Program-made: the position numbers and the translations under genes | Origin: an uncultured delta proteobacterium | Lineage (GTDB): Bacteria; Myxococcota_A; Polyangia; Fen-1088 | Length of the DNA stretch: 64,000 nt | Direction: 5' to 3' | NCBI GenBank assembly: GCA_963796685.1 | Contig: CAWCMR010000001.1 | Span: 1-64,000 of the forward strand | Shown: piece after piece, positions 60,725 to 64,000 of the stretch | Position numbering within the stretch: the first letter of the stretch is position 1 | How the letters are laid out: each line of letters opens with the position of its first letter | Notes under the pieces: generated by a model | The model's input: the letters and a program-made list of their open reading frames with translations, nothing else | Told to the model about the DNA's origin: nothing | Database searches by the model: none

Positions 60725-61513
60725 TTACCGCGCCGCCAGCAGCGCGCGCACCACCTCGGCGAAGCCGAGCGCGGACTCGGACCGGGTGACGAAGGCGGGG
60801 CGATCCTCGCCCAGCTCGGCCAAGAAGCGATGGACGTTGCGCACGCCCACGCTGGTGCGGCGAAGGCGGGCGAACAGGGAGCGATCGTTGCTGCTGTCGC
60901 CGACGAAAAGGATACTCTCGTCAGGCGTGGCGCAGGCCTGGGCGTCGATGGGCAAGAGCGCGGCCATCAGCCCTTCGGCCTTGCCCCAGCCCGACGGGCG
61001 CACGTGAATGTGGATCGAGCTGGCCATCACCTCGAAGCCCGGATCGACCAGCATCTGGCTGGCCGCGAGCGCCGTGGCGTCGAAGCTCGCCGGCCGCAAA
61101 AAGGCGCGCTCGAACAGACGGAAGGCATCGTCGGGCGTGACGTCGAGAGCATGGGCCGTGCGCACGCACGCGGCATTTTCGGCCAACCGGGCGAAAAAGT
61201 CCTGCCCCCGCTCCGGCCCCAGATCCCTTCGCAGACCGCCCCCCTCGAAGGCCACCAAACCATTCTCCGCCACGGCGACGGCCACGCCGGGCAGGTATCC
61301 GGCCAAAGCCTGCGCCCATCCCGCCGGACGTCCCGTGACCAGGGCGATCACGATGCCGGCTTTCTCCAGCGCTTCGAAACCCGCGACCGTGCTCGCCGGG
61401 ATCTTTCCCGCTGTCGTGATGGTGTCATCCACGTCGGCGGCCAGCACGCGAACGCCGGCCAACGTGGAGTTGGTCAGGTTCGAAAAGGGCTGCATGCCGG
61501 AATCTCTGCGCAC
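60725..61513 (-). CDS. HAD-superfamily (IIB-like) hydrolase
   Basis: DVDDT motif I, VTGR motif II, AENG, K...FVGDSSND motif IV. Confidence 0.88.
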   Translation of the reverse strand: MRRDSGMQPFSNLTNSTLAGVRVLAADVDDTITTAGKIPASTVAGFEALEKAGIVIALVTGRPAGWAQALAGYLPGVAVAVAENGLVAFEGGGLRRDLGPERGQDFFARLAENAACVRTAHALDVTPDDAFRLFERAFLRPASFDATALAASQMLVDPGFEVMASSIHIHVRPSGWGKAEGLMAALLPIDAQACATPDESILFVGDSSNDRSLFARLRRTSVGVRNVHRFLAELGEDRPAFVTRSESALGFAEVVRALLAAR

Positions 61514-61570
61514 ACGTGTACCTTGCCAAGAAGGCGTGATGGACAGCCAGGCCGGGATCGGCTGATGGCG

Positions 61571-61780
61571 CTACAGCTCGAAGCCGTAGGGCTTCTTGGC
61601 GTCTTTGTCTTTCTTCTTCGGCTTGCTCCCGTCATGCTGTTTCTTGGCCCGTTTTCTTCGGCAATCGGTACCGTGCGAAGACGCTTGAACCGTTCCAGCT
61701 TCGGCAGCCTCGGAGACCGAGAAGGCGAGCGGGACGAGAAATGAAAGAACGAGAGTGAGGAGTACTACGATTCGGCGCAT
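61571..61780 (-). CDS. Small secreted basic hypothetical protein
   Basis: MRR plus hydrophobic signal peptide; Lys-rich tail ending PYGFEL. Confidence 0.6.
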   Translation of the reverse strand: MRRIVVLLTLVLSFLVPLAFSVSEAAEAGTVQASSHGTDCRRKRAKKQHDGSKPKKKDKDAKKPYGFEL

Positions 61781-61876
61781 GTGTGGATTTCAGTCTAGCC
61801 GAAAAAGCGGAGGCGCCTAGGCCAAAAGAGGACGGTAGACGCCCCTCCTTCTGCACGCCCTCCAAGGGCCAGCAGG

Positions 61877-63692
61877 CTATTTTTCTGGGGCGCCGGGCGG
61901 CCCCATCATGCCCTGTACGACCTTGGCCACGTTCTCCAAGCTGCCAATGGGGATGCGGAGCTCACCCACGAGCGAGCCCCCGCCGCGTATCGCGAAGACG
62001 AAAGGCGCGGTCATGTCGGCGACGCCGGGCAGCGCACCCGCCACCATCGCCATCTCCTTGCCCGGCAGACCCTTGCCCTGCCCAAGCACGCGCAGCATGA
62101 ACGAGATCACGTCCACCGAGGCCATCATCTCGTCGCCCTCGGTGCGCTCCAAGGTCGCGGCCAGCAGGGGAGCGCCGGTAGGAGAGCCACCTTTCCCGTA
62201 ACGGGCGATCGCCTTCCGCGCGTCGCGCCCCGTGACCATCAAGAGCCGACCATCCTTGACCGTGAGGGCATAGTTGAGGATGTCCCCACCGGCCACAGCC
62301 TTGGCCAGGGCCCGAGCCATGGGCTCCTTGTTCTCGATCTTCTTTTCGATTTCGACGAGGTCGCGCGCGCGCTTGATCTTGAGCGGGCTCGCCTTGCGAC
62401 CATCGAGCTCCGCCTCCCAGGCCTGCTGCGCGTTGACCATGGCGACCGCCGCATCGAGTGCGGCCTTGTTGCTCGTGCCCGGCTTGAGCGCCGAGCTGCA
62501 CAAGGAGGACAGGCCGGCCTCGTCGAAGTCCATCACACATGACCACCCGGACGTCACGTCGAGCATCTTGCTCGTGCTCTTCGACATGGCCCTGCCGGCC
62601 GGCCCGGTGGCCTCGAGCACCTTGGCCAGCAAGGGCATCCACGAACCCCATTCCCCGGTCGAGAAAACCGCGGTGCCGTCGTTCTTCACCGGCAATCGGG
62701 TATCGAACGCATAGGGCGTCCTGTGCGCCATGCGCGCGGCAAAGTCGGTCCCCGCCAGGGGAACGAGCTCGGCCTGGATCGTCAGCCCGGTGCCCGGGCC
62801 GACATCGAAGATGAGATTCGCTGCCGAGGATTCCATCACGAGCTTGGTGGCCGCCTCGGTCATGGCGACGATCATGCGCTGAACCGCGGGTGCGGTCTTG
62901 CCCGGAGCGGCCTGCACCTCGCTGGCAATCATGGACGCCACGTGGGTCACGAGGGCGTCGGGCGTCTTGCCGATGGCCGCCGCGAGGGCCTGCGGCAGCA
63001 CGGTCAAGACCGCCTGCCCCTTGGCGGGCGGCACCTGCGCGGACTCGGCCAAGGCACCGGCGAACAAGAGCGCCTCGGCGGAATCCGGAGACAAACAGCG
63101 TACGGCCCCTGATGCCGCCCCAAATCTTGTCGCCGCTTCCCGAGATGTGCTCCGCGATACCGCCTTGCTGCTGGCCGAGCGTGCCCATCTCGTCGAGCGT
63201 CCGCTTGGCCGAGGCGCGATCCCGGAAGGTGATCGCCGCGCAGTACCCCTTGGCCTCGGACTTGGGCGGAAGAACCCACACCACGGCGATGGGCGCGACG
63301 GGATCCACGCGATCCCAGAGCTGACGGAAATGGGCATTGTCCCCCGCGATACCCAAGCTACCGAGGGACGAGAGCATCTCGTGCCCGAGCCGCATGGGCA
63401 GGTTCAGCCGTCGCGACAGCGCATCGAGATCGCCGACCAACCGATCCGGCGCTACCGTCACCAGGCTGCCGACCATCGCGGACTTCGCCACGACGGGAGC
63501 CGAGAACTGGGGCTCGACTTCGATCGCGGCGGCGGGCGGGGCCGCGACGGGCTGCGCTGGCGTGGCCAGGGTCGCGGCCGGGACGGCCGGGGCCGCCGTT
63601 CGGCACCCCCCCAAGGTGACAAGGACAAGGCCGAGGGCGGCAGCCGGGGCCAGTTGAGCCAGAGGGTGACGGGTCGGGGTTCGCATGGTCAT
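61877..63692 (-). CDS. Hypothetical lipoprotein (frameshift near 63086)
   Basis: Lipobox LGG-C in ORF 61962..63692; continues into ORF 61877..63337 if one base is removed at 63085-63086 (LFVSDSAEAL). Confidence 0.75.
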
Positions 63693-63788
63693 GGTTGGAC
63701 GAGCACGATACGACCGATCGCGCCCGCTTCCAAGCGCGCAGGTTCCTCGACCGCGACGCGAGCAAACGGGCTATACTGCCGGGCACTC

Positions 63789-64000
63789 GTGATCGGTCGC
63801 AGCATCGGCAACTACAAGATCGTCCGCGTGTTGGGGGAAGGTGGCATGGGGACGGTCTATCTGGCGGAACACCCCATGATTGGCAAGCGGGTGGCGGTGA
63901 AGATGTTGCGCCCGGACCTCGGCGCCGATCCTGGGTTGGTCTCGCGTTTCTTCCAGGAAGCCAAGGCGGTCAACGAGATTCGACATCCCAACATCGTCGA
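63789..64000 (+). CDS. Hanks-type Ser/Thr protein kinase, N-terminal part (truncated by the window edge)
   Basis: Hand translation from GTG 63789: MIGRSIGNYKIVRVLGEGGMGTVYLAEH...VAVKML...RFFQEAKAVNEIRHPNIV. Confidence 0.93.
   Translation, partial: MIGRSIGNYKIVRVLGEGGMGTVYLAEHPMIGKRVAVKMLRPDLGADPGLVSRFFQEAKAVNEIRHPNIV

Overview
High-GC bacterial chromosomal segment whose gene content points to Myxococcota/Polyangia (inference from a Ser/Thr kinase, FHA-GGDEF protein, giant TPR protein, sigma54 activator, TSP3-OmpA and a Cys-rich repeat protein). It is mostly core and cell-envelope genes: a complete type II secretion operon gspC-N (35-49 kb, minus strand) preceded by an NtrC-type activator, a convergent three-gene minor-pilin cluster, a stand-alone type IV pilin, xseB-ispA, dnaJ, purU, rlmD, pgm, lexA, a yhhQ-like transporter, a PpiD-like chaperone, a lytic transglycosylase and several lipoproteins. 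I found no rRNA, tRNA, CRISPR array or transposase. Five genes are split by single-base indels that look like assembly errors. The most interesting observations are (i) a tightly coupled aat - glutaminyl cyclase - DUF4105/Lnb-like operon, i.e. three enzymes that each modify protein N-termini, (ii) an L,D-transpeptidase - PEGA-like - rhomboid - putative Cys/His hydrolase operon, (iii) sigma54 promoter motifs in front of the pilin, minor-pilin and T2SS units, and (iv) four types of short palindromic or tandem intergenic element. All family assignments come from motif recognition by eye; no database searches were run.
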